DNA from: Eledone cirrhosa
Taxonomy: Eukaryota
Assembly (NCBI GenBank): GCA_964016885.1
Contig: OZ024742.1
Coordinates: forward strand, 373,426,001-373,490,000
Reading direction: 5' to 3'
Length of the DNA stretch: 64,000 nucleotides
Shown here: positions 14,281 through 29,440 of the stretch, one piece after another
How the letters are laid out: every line of letters starts with the position of its first letter
Numbering within the stretch: position 1 is the stretch's first letter
Made by a program: the position numbers and the translations under genes
The notes under the pieces: generated by a model
Seen by the model: the letters and a program-made list of their open reading frames with translations, nothing else
What the model was told of the DNA's origin: nothing
Databases searched by the model: none

Positions 14281-17200
14281 CTGATAGTCCCACAAGCCAC
14301 ATACCTCTGATAGTCCCACAAGCCACATATTAGTCTGATAGTCCCACAGGTCACATATCTCTGATAGTCCCACAAGCGACATACCTCTGATAGTCCCACA
14401 AGCCACATACCTCTGATAGTCCCACAAGCCACATACCTCTGATAGTCTCACAAGCCACATACCTCTGATAGTCCCACTAGCCACATACCTCTGATAGTCC
14501 CACAAGCTACATACCTCTCATAGTCCAACACGCCACATATTAGTTTGATAGTCCCACAAGCCACATACCTCTGATAGTCCCACAAACCACATACCTCTGA
14601 TAGTCCCACAAGCCGCATATTAGTCTGATAGTCCCACAGGTCACATACCTCTGATAGTCCCACAAACCACATACCTCTGATAGTCCCACAAGCCACATAT
14701 TAGTCTGATAGTCCCACAAGTCACATACCTCTGATAGTCCCATAAGCCACATATTAATCTGATAGTCCCACAAGCCACATACATCTGATAGTCCCACAAG
14801 CCACATACCTCTGATAGTCCCACAAACCACATATTAGTCTGATAGTTCCACAAGCCACATACCTCTGATAGTCCCACAAGCCAGATAATTGTCTGATAGT
14901 CCCACAGGTCACATATCTCTGATAGTCCCACAAGCCACATACCTCTGATAGTCCCACAAGCCACATACCTCTAATAGTCCCACAAGCCACATACCTCTGA
15001 TAGTCTCACAAGCCACATACCTCTGATAGTCACACTAGCCACATACCTCTGACAGTCCCACAAGCTACATACCCCTCATAGTCCCACAAGCCACATACCT
15101 CTCATAGTCCAACACGCCACATATTAGTTTGATAGTCCCACAAGCCACATACCTCTGATAGTCCCACAAACCACATACCTCTGATAGTCCCACAAGCCAC
15201 ATATTAGTCTGATAGTCCCACAGGTCACATATTAATCTGATAGTCCATCAAGCCACATACCTCTGATAGTCCCACAAGCCACATACCTCTGATAGTCCCA
15301 CAAACCACATATCTCTGATAGTCCCACAAGCCACATATTAATCTGATAGTCCCACAAGCCACATACCTCTGATAGTCCCACAAGCCACATATTAGTCTGA
15401 TAGTCCCACAAGCCAAATACCTCTGATAGTCCCACAAGCCACATACCTCTGATAGTCCCACAAGCCACATATTAGTCTGATAGTCCCACAGGTCACATAT
15501 CTCTGATAGTCCCACAAGCGACATACCTCTGATAGTCCCACAAGCCACATACCTCTGATAGTCCCACAAGCCACATACCTCTGATAGTCTCACAAGCCAC
15601 ATACCTCTGATAGTCCCACTAGCCACATACCTCTGATAGTCCCACAAGCTACATACCTCTCATAGTCCAACACGCCACATATTAGTTTGATAGTCCCACA
15701 AGCCACATACCTCTGATAGTCCCACAAACCACATACCTCTGATAGTCCCACAAGCCGCATATTAGTCTGATAGTCCCACAGGTCACATACCTCTGATAGT
15801 CCCACAAACCACATACCTTTGATAGTCCCACAAGCCACATATTAGTCTGATAGTCCCACAAGTCACATACCTCTGATAGTCCCATAAGCCACATATTAAT
15901 CTGATAGTCCCACAAGCCACATACATCTGATAGTCCCACAAGCCACATACCTCTGATAGTCCCACAAACCACATATTAGTCTGATAGTTCCACAAGCCAC
16001 ATACCTCTGATAGTCCCACAAGCCAGATAATTGTCTGATAGTCCCACAGGTCACATATCTCTGATAGTCCCACAAGCCACATACCTCTGATAGTCCCACA
16101 AGCCACATACCTCTAATAGTCCCACAAGCCACATACCTCTGATAGTCTCACAAGCCACATACCTCTGATAGTCCCACTAGCCACATACCTCTGACAGTCC
16201 CACAAGCTACATACCCCTCATAGTCCCACAAGCCACATACCTCTCATAGTCCAACACGCCACATATTAGTTTGATAGTCCCACAAGCCACATACCTCTGA
16301 TAGTCCCACAAACCACATACCTCTGATAGTCCCACAAGCCGCATATTAGTCTGATAGTCCCACAGGTCACATACCTCTGATAGTCCCACAAACCACATAC
16401 CTCTGATAGTCCCACAAGCCACATATTAGTCTGATAGTCCCACAAGTCACATACCTCTGATAGTCCCATAAGCCACATATTAATCTGATAGTCCCACAAG
16501 CCACATACATCTGATAGTCCCACAAGCCACATACCTCTGATAGTCCCACAAACCACATATTAGTCTGATAGTTCCACAAGCCACATACCTCTGATAGTCC
16601 CACAAGCCAGATAATTGTCTGATAGTCCCACAGGTCACATATCTCTGATAGTCCCACAAGCCACATACCTCTGATAGTCCCACAAGCCACATACCTCTAA
16701 TAGTCCCACAAGCCACATACCTCTGATAGTCTCACAAGCCACATACCTCTGATAGTCCCACTAGCCACATACCTCTGACAGTCCCACAAGCTACATACCC
16801 CTCATAGTCCCACAAGCCACATACCTCTCATAGTCCAACACGCCACATATTAGTTTGATAGTCCCACAAGCCACATACCTCTGATAGTCCCACAAACCAC
16901 ATACCTCTGATAGTCCCACAAGCCACATATTAGTCTGATAGTCCCACAGGTCACATATTAATCTGATAGTCCATCAAGCCACATACCTCTGATAGTCCCA
17001 CAAGCCACATACCTCTGATAGTCCCACAAACCACATATCTCTGAGAGTCCCACAAGCCACATATTAATCTGATAGTCCCACAAGCCACATACCTCTGATA
17101 GTCCCACAAGCCACATATTAGTCTGATAGTCCCACAGGTCACATATCTCTGATAGTCCCACAAGCGACATACCTCTGATAGTCCCACAAGCCACATACCT

Positions 17201-18100
17201 CTGATAGTCCCACAAGCCACATACCTCTGATAGTCTCACAAGCCACATACCTCTGATAGTCCCACTAGCCACATACCTCTGATAGTCCCACAAGCTACAT
17301 ACCTCTCATAGTCCAACACGCCACATATTAGTTTGATAGTCCCACAAGCCACATACCTCTGATAGTCCCACAAACCACATACCTCTGATAGTCCCACAAG
17401 CCGCATATTAGTCTGATAGTCCCACAGGTCACATACCTCTGATAGTCCCACAAACCACATACCTCTGATAGTCCCACAAGCCACATATTAGTCTGATAGT
17501 CCCACAAGTCACATACCTCTGATAGTCCCATAAGCCACATATTAATCTGATAGTCCCACAAGCCACATACATCTGATAGTCCCACAAGCCACATACCTCT
17601 GATAGTCCCACAAACCACATATTAGTCTGATAGTTCCACAAGCCACATACCTCTGATAGTCCCACAAGCCAGATAATTGTCTGATAGTCCCACAGGTCAC
17701 ATATCTCTGATAGTCCCACAAGCCACATACCTCTGATAGTCCCACAAGCCACATACCTCTAATAGTCCCACAAGCCACATACCTCTGATAGTCTCACAAG
17801 CCACATACCTCTGATAGTCCCACTAGCCACATACCTCTGACAGTCCCACAAGCTACATACCCCTCATAGTCCCACAAGCCACATACCTCTCATAGTCCAA
17901 CACGCCACATATTAGTTTGATAGTCCCACAAGCCACATACCTCTGATAGTCCCACAAACCACATACCTCTGATAGTCCCACAAGCCACATATTAGTCTGA
18001 TAGTCCCACAGGTCACATATTAATCTGATAGTCCATCAAGCCACATACCTCTGATAGTCCCACAAGCCACATACCTCTGATAGTCCCACAAACCACATAT
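13200..18100. repeat. Local expansion of a short HOR (1142-bp unit with 1062- and 584-bp deletion derivatives)
   Basis: The GCCAGATAATTG landmark occurs at 13738, 14880, 16022, 16606 and 17668 (spacings 1142, 1142, 584, 1062). The TAGTACCACAA landmark found elsewhere is absent from about 12.7 to 18.6 kb. Confidence 0.88.
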
Positions 18101-18539
18101 CTCTTATAGTCCCACAAGCCACATATTAATCTGATAGTCCATCAAGCCACATACCTCTGATAGTCCCACAAGCCACATACCTCTGATAGTCCCACAAGTC
18201 ACATACCTCTGATAGTCCCACAAGTCACATACCTCTGATAGTCCCACAAGCTACATACCCCTCATAGTCCCACAAGCCACATACCTCTCATAGTCCAACA
18301 CGCCACATATTAGTTTGATAGTCCCACAAGCCACATACCTCTGATAGTCCCACAAACCACATACCTCTGATAGTCCCACAAGCCACATATTAGTCTGATA
18401 GTCCCACAGGTCACATACTTCTGATAGTCCCACAAACCACATATCTCTGATAGTCCCACAAGCCACATATTAATCTGATAGTCCATGAAGCCACATACCT
18501 CTGATAGTCCCACAAGCCACATACCTCTGATAGTCCCAC

Positions 18540-21500
18540 AAGTCACATACCTCTGATAGTCCCACAAGTCACATACCTCTGGTAGTCCCACAAGCCACAT
18601 ACCTCTGATAGTACCACAAGCCACATACCTCTGATTGTCCCACAAGCCACATACCTCTGATAGTCCCACAAGGCACATACCTCTGATAGTCCCACAAGCC
18701 ACATATTAGTCTGATAGTCCCACAAGCCACATACCTCTGATAGTCCCACAAGCCACATATTAGTCTGATAGTCCCACAAGTCACATACCTCTGATTGTCC
18801 CACAAGCCACATATTAGTCTGATAGTCCCACAAGTCCCATACCTCTGATAGTCTTACAAGCCACATATTAGTATGATAGTCCCACAAGCCACATGCCTCT
18901 GATAGTCCCACAAGCCACATATTAGTCTGATAGTCCCACAAGTCACATACCTCTGATAGTCCCACAAGCCACATATTAGTCTGATAGTCCCACAAATCAC
19001 ATACCTTTGATAGTCCCACAAGCCACATATTAATCTGATAGTCCCACAAGCCACATACCTCTGATAGTCCCACAAGCCACATATTAGTCTGATAGTCCCA
19101 CAAGCCAAATACCTCTGATAGTCCCACAAGCCACATACCTCTGATAGTCCCACAAGCCACATATTAGTCTGATAGTCCCACAGGTCACATATCTCTGATA
19201 GTCCCACAAGCGACATACCTCTGATAGTCCCACAAGCCACATACCTCTGATAGTCCCACAAGCCACATACCTCTGATAGTCTCACAAGCCACATACCTCT
19301 GATAGTCCCACTAGCCACATACCTCTGATAGTCCCACAAGCTACATACCTCTCATAGTCCAACACGCCACATATTAGTTTGATAGTCCCACAAGCCACAT
19401 ACCTCTGATAGTCCCACAAACCACATACCTCTGATAGTCCCACAAGCCGCATATTAGTCTGATAGTCCCACAGGTCACATACCTCTGATAGTCCCACAAA
19501 CCACATACCTCTGATAGTCCCACAAGCCACATATTAGTCTGATAGTCCCACAAGTCACATACCTCTGATAGTCCCATAAGCCACATATTAATCTGATAGT
19601 CCCACAAGCCACATACATCTGATAGTCCCACAAGCCACATACCTCTGATAGTCCCACAAACCACATATTAGTCTGATAGTTCCACAAGCCACATACCTCT
19701 GATAGTCCCACAAGCCAGATAATTGTCTGATAGTCCCACAGGTCACATATCTCTGATAGTCCCACAAGCCACATACCTCTGATAGTCCCACAAGCCACAT
19801 ACCTCTGATAGTCCCACAAGCCACATACCTCTGATAGTCTCACAAGCCACATACCTCTGATAGTCCCACTAGCCACATACCTCTGACAGTCCCACAAGCT
19901 ACATACCTCTCATAGTCCCACAAGCCACATACCTCACATAGTTCAACACGCCACATATTAGTTTGATAGTCCCACAAGCCACATACCTCTGATAGTCCCA
20001 CAAACCACATACCTCTGATAGTCCCACAAGCCACATATTAGTCTGATAGTCCCACAGGTCACATACTTCTGATAGTCCCACAAACCACATATCTCTGATA
20101 GTCCCACAACCCACATATTAGTCTGATAGTCCATCAAGCCACATACCTCTGATAGTCCCACAAGCCACATACCTCTGATAGTCCCACAAGTCACATACCT
20201 CTGATAGTCCCACAAGTCACATACCTCTGATAGTCCCACAAGCCACATACCTCTGATAGTACCACAAGCCACATACCTCTGATTGTCCCACAAGCCACAT
20301 ACCTCTGATAGTCCCACAAGGCACATACCTCTGATAGTCCCACAAGCCACATATTAGTCTGATAGTCCCACAAGCCACATACCCCTGATAGTCCCACAAG
20401 CCACATATTAGTCTGATAGTCCCACAAGTCACATACCTCTGATTGTCCCACAAGCCACATATTAGTCTGATAGTCCCACAAGTCACATACCTCTGATAGT
20501 CTTACAAGCCACATATTAGTATGATAGTCCCACAAGCCACATGCCTCTGATAGTCCCACAAGCCACATATTAGTCTGATAGTCCCACAAGTCACATACCT
20601 CTGATAGTCCCACAAGCCACATATTAGTCTGATAGTCCCACAAATCACATACCTTTGATAGTCCCACAAGCCACATATTAATCTGATAGTCCCACAAGCC
20701 ACATACCTCTGATAGTCCCACAAGCCACATATTAGTCTGATAGTCCCACAAGCCACATACCTCTGATAGTCCCACAAGCCACATACCTCTGATAGTCCCA
20801 CAAGCCACATACCTCTGATAGTCCCACAAGCCACATACCTCTGATAGTCCCACAAGTCACATACCTTTGGTAGTCCTACAAGCAACATATTAATCTGATA
20901 GTCCCACAAACCACATATCTCTGATAGTCCCACACGCAACATATTAGTCTGATAGTCCCACAAGCCACATACTTCTGATAGTCCCACAAGCCACATATTA
21001 GTCTGATAGTCCCACAAGCCACATACCTCTGATAGTCTCACAAGCCACATATTAGTCTGATAGTCCCACAAGTCACATACCTCTGATAGTCCCACAAGTC
21101 ACATACCTCTTATAGTCCCACAAACCACATACTTCTGATAGTCCCACAAGCCACATATTAGTCTGATAGTCCCACAAGCCACATACCTCTGATAGTCCCA
21201 CAAACCACATATTAGTCTGATAGTTCCACAAGCCACATACCTCTGATAGTCCCACAAGCCAGATAATTGTCTGATAGTCCCACAGGTCACATATCTCTGA
21301 TAGTCCCACAAGCCACATACCTCTGATAGTCCCACAAGCCACATACCTCTGATAGTCCCACAAGCCACATACCTCTGATAGTCTCACAAGCCACATACCT
21401 CTGATAGTCCCACTAGCCACATACCTCTGACAGTCCCACAAGCTACATACCCCTCATAGTCCCACAAGCCACATACCTCTCATAGTCCAACACGCCACAT

Positions 21501-24300
21501 ATTAGTTTGATAGTCCCACAAGCCACATACCTCTGATAGTCCCACAAACCACATACCTCTGATAGTCCCACAAGCCACATATTAGTCTGATAGTCCCACA
21601 GGTCACATACTTCTGATAGTCCCACAAACCACATATCTCTGATAGTCCCACAAGCCACATATTAATCTGATAGTCCATCAAGCCACATACCTCTGATAGT
21701 CCCACAAGCCACATACCTCTGATAGTCCCACAAGTCACATACCTCTGATAGTCCCACAAGTCACATACCTCTGATAGTCCCACAAGCCACATACCTCTGA
21801 TAGTACCACAAGCCACATACCTCTGATTGTCCCACAAGCCACATACCTCTGATAGTCCCACAAGGCACATACCTCTGATAGTCCCACAAGCGACATATTA
21901 GTCTGATAGTCCCACAAGCCACATACCTCTGATAGTCCCACAAGCCACATATTAGTCTGATAGTCCCACAAGTCACATACCTCTGATTGTCCCACAAGCC
22001 ACATATTAGTCTGATAGTCCCACAAGTCCCATACCTCTGATAGTCTTACAAGCCACATATTAGTATGATAGTCCCACAAGCCACATGCCTCTGATAGTCC
22101 CACAAGCCACATATTAGTCTGATAGTCCCACAAGTCACATACCTCTGATAGTCCCACAAGCTACATATTAGTCTGATAGTCCCACAAATCACATACCTTT
22201 CATAGTCCCACAAGCCACATATTAATCTGATAGTCCCACAAGCCACATACCTCTGATAGTCCCACAAGCCACATATTAGTCTGATAGTCCCACAAGCCAA
22301 ATACCTCTGATAGTCCCACAAGCCACATACCTCTGATAGTCCCACAAGCCACATATTAGTCTGATAGTCCCACAGGTCACATATCTCTGATAGTCCCACA
22401 AGCGACATACCTCTGATAGTCCCACAAGCCACATACCTCTGATAGTCCCACAAGCCACATACCTCTGATAGTCTCACAAGCCACATACCTCTGATAGTCC
22501 CACTAGCCACATACCTCTGATAGTCCCACAAGCTACATACCTCTCATAGTCCAACACGCCACATATTAGTTTGATAGTCCCACAAGCCACATACCTCTGA
22601 TAGTCCCACAAACCACATACCTCTGATAGTCCCACAAGCCGCATATTAGTCTGATAGTCCCACAGGTCACATACCTCTGATAGTCCCACAAACCACATAC
22701 CTCTGATAGTCCCACAAGCCACATATTAGTCTGATAGTCCCACAAGTCACATACCTCTGATAGTCCCATAAGCCACATATTAATCTGATAGTCCCACAAG
22801 CCACATACATCTGATAGTCCCACAAGCCACATACCTCTGATAGTCCCACAAACCACATATTAGTCTGATAGTTCCACAAGCCACATACCTCTGATAGTCC
22901 CACAAGCCAGATAATTGTCTGATAGTCCCACAGGTCACATATCTCTGATAGTCCCACAAGCCACATACCTCTGATAGTCCCACAAGCCACATACCTCTAA
23001 TAGTCCCACAAGCCACATACCTCTGATAGTCTCACAAGCCACATACCTCTGATAGTCCCACTAGCCACATACCTCTGACAGTCCCACAAGCTACATACCT
23101 CTCATAGTCCCACAAGCCACATACCTCACATAGTTCAACACGCCACATATTAGTTTGATAGTCCCACAAGCCACATACCTCTGATAGTCCCACAAACCAC
23201 ATACCTCTGATAGTCCCACAAGCCACATATTAGTCTGATAGTCCCACAGGTCACATACTTCTGATAGTCCCACAAACCACATATCTCTGATAGTCCCACA
23301 ACCCACATATTAGTCTGATAGTCCATCAAGCCACATACCTCTGATAGTCCCACAAGCCACATACCTCTGATAGTCCCACAAGTCACATACCTCTGATAGT
23401 CCCACAAGTCACATACCTCTGATAGTCCCACAAGCCACATACCTCTGATAGTACCACAAGCCACATACCTCTGATTGTCCCACAAGCCACATACCTCTGA
23501 TAGTCCCACAAGGCACATACCTCTGATAGTCCCACAAGCCACATATTAGTCTGATAGTCCCACAAGCCACATACCTCTGATAGTCCCACAAGCCACATAT
23601 TAGTCTGATAGTCCCACAAGTCACATACCTCCGATTGTCCCACAAGCCACATATTAGTCTGATAGTCCCACAAGTCACATACCTCTGATAGTCTTACAAG
23701 CCACATATTAGTATGATAGTCCCACAAGCCACATGCCTCTGATAGTCCCACAAGCCACATATTAGTCTGATAGTCCCACAAGTCACATACCTCTGATAGT
23801 CCCACAAGCCACATATTAGTCTGATAGTCCCACAAATCACATACCTTTGATAGTCCCACAAGCCACATATTAATCTGATAGTCCCACAAGCCACATACCT
23901 CTGATAGTCCCACAAGCCACATATTAGTCTGATAGTCCCACAAGCCACATACCTCTGATAGTCCCACAAGCCACATACCTCTGATAGTCCCACAAGCCAC
24001 ATACCTCTGATAGTCCCACAAGCCACATACCTCTGATAGTCCCACAAGTCACATACCTTTGGTAGTCCTACAAGCAACATATTAATCTGATAGTCCCACA
24101 AACCACATATCTCTGATAGTCCCACACGCAACATATTAGTCTGATAGTCCCACAAGCCACATACTTCTGATAGTCCCACAAGCCACATATTAGTCTGATA
24201 GTCCCACAAGCCACATACCTCTGATAGTCTCACAAGCCACATATTAGTCTGATAGTCCCACAAGTCACATACCTCTGATAGTCCCACAAGTCACATACCT
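18540..24300. repeat. Alternating 1648/1544-bp HORs (3192-bp period)
   Basis: Equivalent ORF-track entries are offset by 3192 (18543->21735, 19282->22474, 20191->23383, 20502->23694). Confidence 0.85.
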
Positions 24301-24960
24301 CTTATAGTCCCACAAACCACATACTTCTGATAGTCCCACAAGCCACATATTAGTCTGATAGTCCCACAAGTCACATACCTCTGATAGTCCCACAAACCAC
24401 ATATTAGTCTGATAGTTCCACAAGCGACATACCTCTGATAGTCCCACAAGCCACATATTAGTCTGATAGTCCCACAGGTCACATATCTCTGATAGTCCCA
24501 CAAGCGACATACCTCTGATAGTCCCACAAGCCACATACCTCTGATAGTCCCACAAGCCACATACCTCTGATAGTCTCACAAGCCACATACCTCTGATAGT
24601 CCCACTAGCCACATACCTCTGATAGTCCCACAAGCCACATACCTCTGATAGTCACACAAGCCACATATTAGTCTGATAGTCCCACAAGTGACATACCTCT
24701 GATAGTCCCACAAACCACATATTAGTCTGATAGTTCCACAAGCCACATACCTCTGATAGTCCCACAAGCCACATACCTCTGATAGTCCCACAAGCCACAT
24801 ATTAGTCTGATAGTCCCACAGGCCACATACCTCTGATAGTCCCACAAGCCACATACCTCTGATAGTCCCACAAGCCACATACCTCTGATAGTCCCACAAG
24901 CCACATACCTCTGATAGTCCCACAAGCCACATATTAGTCTGATAGTCCCACAAGTGACAT

Positions 24961-27900
24961 ACCTCTGATAGTCCCACAAACCACATATTAGTCTGATAGT
25001 TCCACAAGCCACGTACCTCTGATAGTCCCACAAGCCACATATTAGTCTGATAGTCCCACAGGTCACATATCTCTGATAGTCCCACAAGCCACATACCTCT
25101 GATAGTCCCACAAGCCACATACCTCTGATAGTCCCACAAGCCACATATTAGTCTGATAGTTCCACAGGCCACATACCTCTGATAGTCCCACAAGCCACAT
25201 ATTAGTCTGATAGTCCCACAAGCCACATACCTCTGATAGTCCCACAAGCCACATATTAGTCTGATAGTCCCACAAGCGACATACCTCTGATAGTCCCACA
25301 AGCCACATACCTCTGATAGTCCCACATGTCACATACCTACGATAGTCCCACAAGCCACATATTAGTCTGATAGTCTTACAAGCCACATACCTCTGATAGT
25401 CCCACAAGTCATATACCTCTGATATACCCACAAGCCACATATTAGTCTGATAGTCCCACAAGCCACATATTAGTCTGATAGTCCCACAAACCACATAGTT
25501 CTGATAGTCCCACAAGCCACATATAAGTATCATAGTCCCACAAGCCACATACTGCTGATAGTCCCACAAGCCACATATTGGTCTGATAGTCCCACAAGTC
25601 ACATACCTCTGATAGTCCCATAAGCCACATATTAATCTGATAGTCCCACAAGCCACATACATCTGATAGTCCCACAAGCCACATACCTCTGATAGTCCCA
25701 CAAACCACATATTAGTCTGATAGTTCCACAAGCCACATACCTCTGATAGTCCCACAAGCCAGATAATTGTCTGATAGTCCCACAGGTCACATATCTCTGA
25801 TAGTCCCACAAGCCACATACCTCTGATAGTCCCACAAGCCACATACCTCTGATAGTCCCACAAGCCACATACCTCTGATAGTCTCACAAGCCACATACCT
25901 CTGATAGTCCCACTAGCCACATACCTCTGACAGTCCCACAAGCTACATACCCCTCATAGTCCCACAAGCCACATACCTCTCATAGTCCAACACGCCACAT
26001 ATTAGTTTGATAGTCCCACAAGCCACATACCTCTGATAGTCCCACAAACCACATACCTCTGATAGTCCCACAAGCCACATATTAGTCTGATAGTCCCACA
26101 GGTCACATACTTCTGATAGTCCCACAAACCACATATCTCTGATAGTCCCACAAGCCACATATTAATCTGATAGTCCATCAAGCCACATACCTCTGATAGT
26201 CCCACAAGCCACATACCTCTGATAGTCCCACAAGTCACATACCTCTGATAGTCCCACAAGTCACATACCTCTGATAGTCCCACAAGCCACATACCTCTGA
26301 TAGTACCACAAGCCACATACCTCTGATTGTCCCACAAGCCACATACCTCTGATAGTCCCACAAGGCACATACCTCTGATAGTCCCACAAGCCACATATTA
26401 GTCTGATAGTCCCACAAGCCACATACCTCTGATAGTCCCACAAGCCACATATTAGTCTGATAGTCCCACAAGTCACATACCTCTGATTGTCCCACAAGCC
26501 ACATATTAGTCTGATAGTCCCACAAGTCCCATACCTCTGATAGTCTTACAAGCCACATATTAGTATGATAGTCCCACAAGCCACATGCCTCTGATAGTCC
26601 CACAAGCCACATATTAGTCTGATAGTCCCACAAGTCACATACCTCTGATAGTCCCACAAGCCACATATTAGTCTGATAGTCCCACAAATCACATACCTTT
26701 GATAGTCCCACAAGCCACATATTAATCTGATAGTCCCACAAGCCACATACCTCTGATAGTCCCACAAGCCACATATTAGTCTGATAGTCCCACAAGCCAA
26801 ATACCTCTGATAGTCCCACAAGCCACATACCTCTGATAGTCCCACAAGCCACATACCTCTGATAGTCCCACAAGCCACATACCTCTGATAGTCCCACAAG
26901 TCACATACCTTTGGTAGTCCTACAAGCAACATATTAATCTGATAGTCCCACAAACCACATACCTCTGATAGTCCCACACGCAACATATTAGTCTGATAGT
27001 CCCACAAGCCACATACTTCTGATAGTCCCACAAGCCACATATTAGTCTGATAGTCCCACAAGCCACATACCTCTGATAGTCTCACAAGCCACATATTAGT
27101 CTGATAGTCCCACAAGTCACATACCTCTGATAGTCCCACAAGTCACATACCTCTTATAGTCCCACAAACCACATACTTCTGATAGTCCCACAAGCCACAT
27201 ACCTCTGATAGTCCCACAAACCACATATTAGTCTGATAGTTCCACAAGCCACGTACCTCTGATAGTCCCACAAGCCACATATTAGTCTGATAGTCCCACA
27301 GGTCACATATCTCTGATAGTCCCACAAGCCACATACCTCTGATAGTCCCACAAGCCACATACCTCTGATAGTCCCACAAGCCACATATTAGTCTGATAGT
27401 TCCACAGGCCACATACCTCTGATAGTCCCACAAGCCACATATTAGTCTGATAGTCCCACAAGCCACATACCTCTGATAGTCCCACAAGCCACATATTAGT
27501 CTGATAGTCCCACAAGCGACATACCTCTGATAGTCCCACAAGCCACATACCTCTGATAGTCCCACATGTCACATACCTACGATAGTCCCACAAGCCACAT
27601 ATTAGTCTGATAGTCTTACAAGCCACATACCTCTGATAGTCCCACAAGTCATATACCTCTGATATTCCCACAAGCCACATATTAGTCTGATAGTCCCACA
27701 AGCCACATATTAGTCTGATAGTCCCACAAACCACATAGTTCTGATAGTCCCACAAGCCACATATAAGTATCATAGTCCCACAAGCCACATACTGCTGATA
27801 GTCCCACAAGCCACATATTGGTCTGATAGTCCCACAAGTCACATACCTCTGATAGTCCCATAAGCCACATATTAATCTGATAGTCCCACAAGCCACATAC

Positions 27901-29440
27901 ATCTGATAGTCCCACAAGCCACATACCTCTGATAGTCCCACAAACCACATATTAGTCTGATAGTTCCACAAGCCACATACCTCTGATAGTCCCACAAGCC
28001 AGATAATTGTCTGATAGTCCCACAGGTCACATATCTCTGATAGTCCCACAAGCCACATACCTCTGATAGTCCCACAAGCCACATACCTCTGATAGTCCCA
28101 CAAGCCACATACCTCTGATAGTCTCACAAGCCACATACCTCTGATAGTCCCACTAGCCACATACCTCTGACAGTCCCACAAGCTACATACCCCTCATAGT
28201 CCCACAAGCCACATACCTCTCATAGTCCAACACGCCACATATTAGTTTGATAGTCCCACAAGCCACATACCTCTGATAGTCCCACAAACCACATACCTCT
28301 GATAGTCCCACAAGCCACATATTAGTCTGATAGTCCCACAGGTCACATACTTCTGATAGTCCCACAAACCACATATCTCTGATAGTCCCACAAGCCACAT
28401 ATTAATCTGATAGTCCATCAAGCCACATACCTCTGATAGTCCCACAAGCCACATACCTCTGATAGTCCCACAAGTCACATACCTCTGATAGTCCCACAAG
28501 TCACATACCTCTGATAGTCCCACAAGCCACATACCTCTGATAGTACCACAAGCCACATACCTCTGATTGTCCCACAAGCCACATACCTCTGATAGTCCCA
28601 CAAGGCACATACCTCTGATAGTCCCACAAGCCACATATTAGTCTGATAGTCCCACAAGCCACATACCTCTGATAGTCCCACAAGCCACATATTAGTCTGA
28701 TAGTCCCACAAGTCACATACCTCTGATTGTCCCACAAGCCACATATTAGTCTGATAGTCCCACAAGTCCCATACCTCTGATAGTCTTACAAGCCACATAT
28801 TAGTATGATAGTCCCACAAGCCACATGCCTCTGATAGTCCCACAAGCCACATATTAGTCTGATAGTCCCACAAGTCACATACCTCTGATAGTCCCACAAG
28901 CCACATATTAGTCTGATAGTCCCACAAATCACATACCTTTGATAGTCCCACAAGCCACATATTAATCTGATAGTCCCACAAGCCACATACCTCTGATAGT
29001 CCCACAAGCCACATATTAGTCTGATAGTCCCACAAGCCAAATACCTCTGATAGTCCCACAAGCCACATACCTCTGATAGTCCCACAAGCCACATACCTCT
29101 GATAGTCCCACAAGCCACATACCTCTGATAGTCCCACAAGTCACATACCTTTGGTAGTCCTACAAGCAACATATTAATCTGATAGTCCCACAAACCACAT
29201 ACCTCTGATAGTCCCACACGCAACATATTAGTCTGATAGTCCCACAAGCCACATACTTCTGATAGTCCCACAAGCCACATATTAGTCTGATAGTCCCACA
29301 AGCCACATACCTCTGATAGTCTCACAAGCCACATATTAGTCTGATAGTCCCACAAGTCACATACCTCTGATAGTCCCACAAGTCACATACCTCTTATAGT
29401 CCCACAAACCACATACTTCTGATAGTCCCACAAGCCACAT
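24961..29440. repeat. Tandem duplication of a 2240-bp HOR (24961-27200, 27201-29440)
   Basis: The offset is a constant 2240 (25063->27303, 25943->28183, 26546->28786), and the sequence at 24961 and 27201 is in identical register. Confidence 0.9.
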
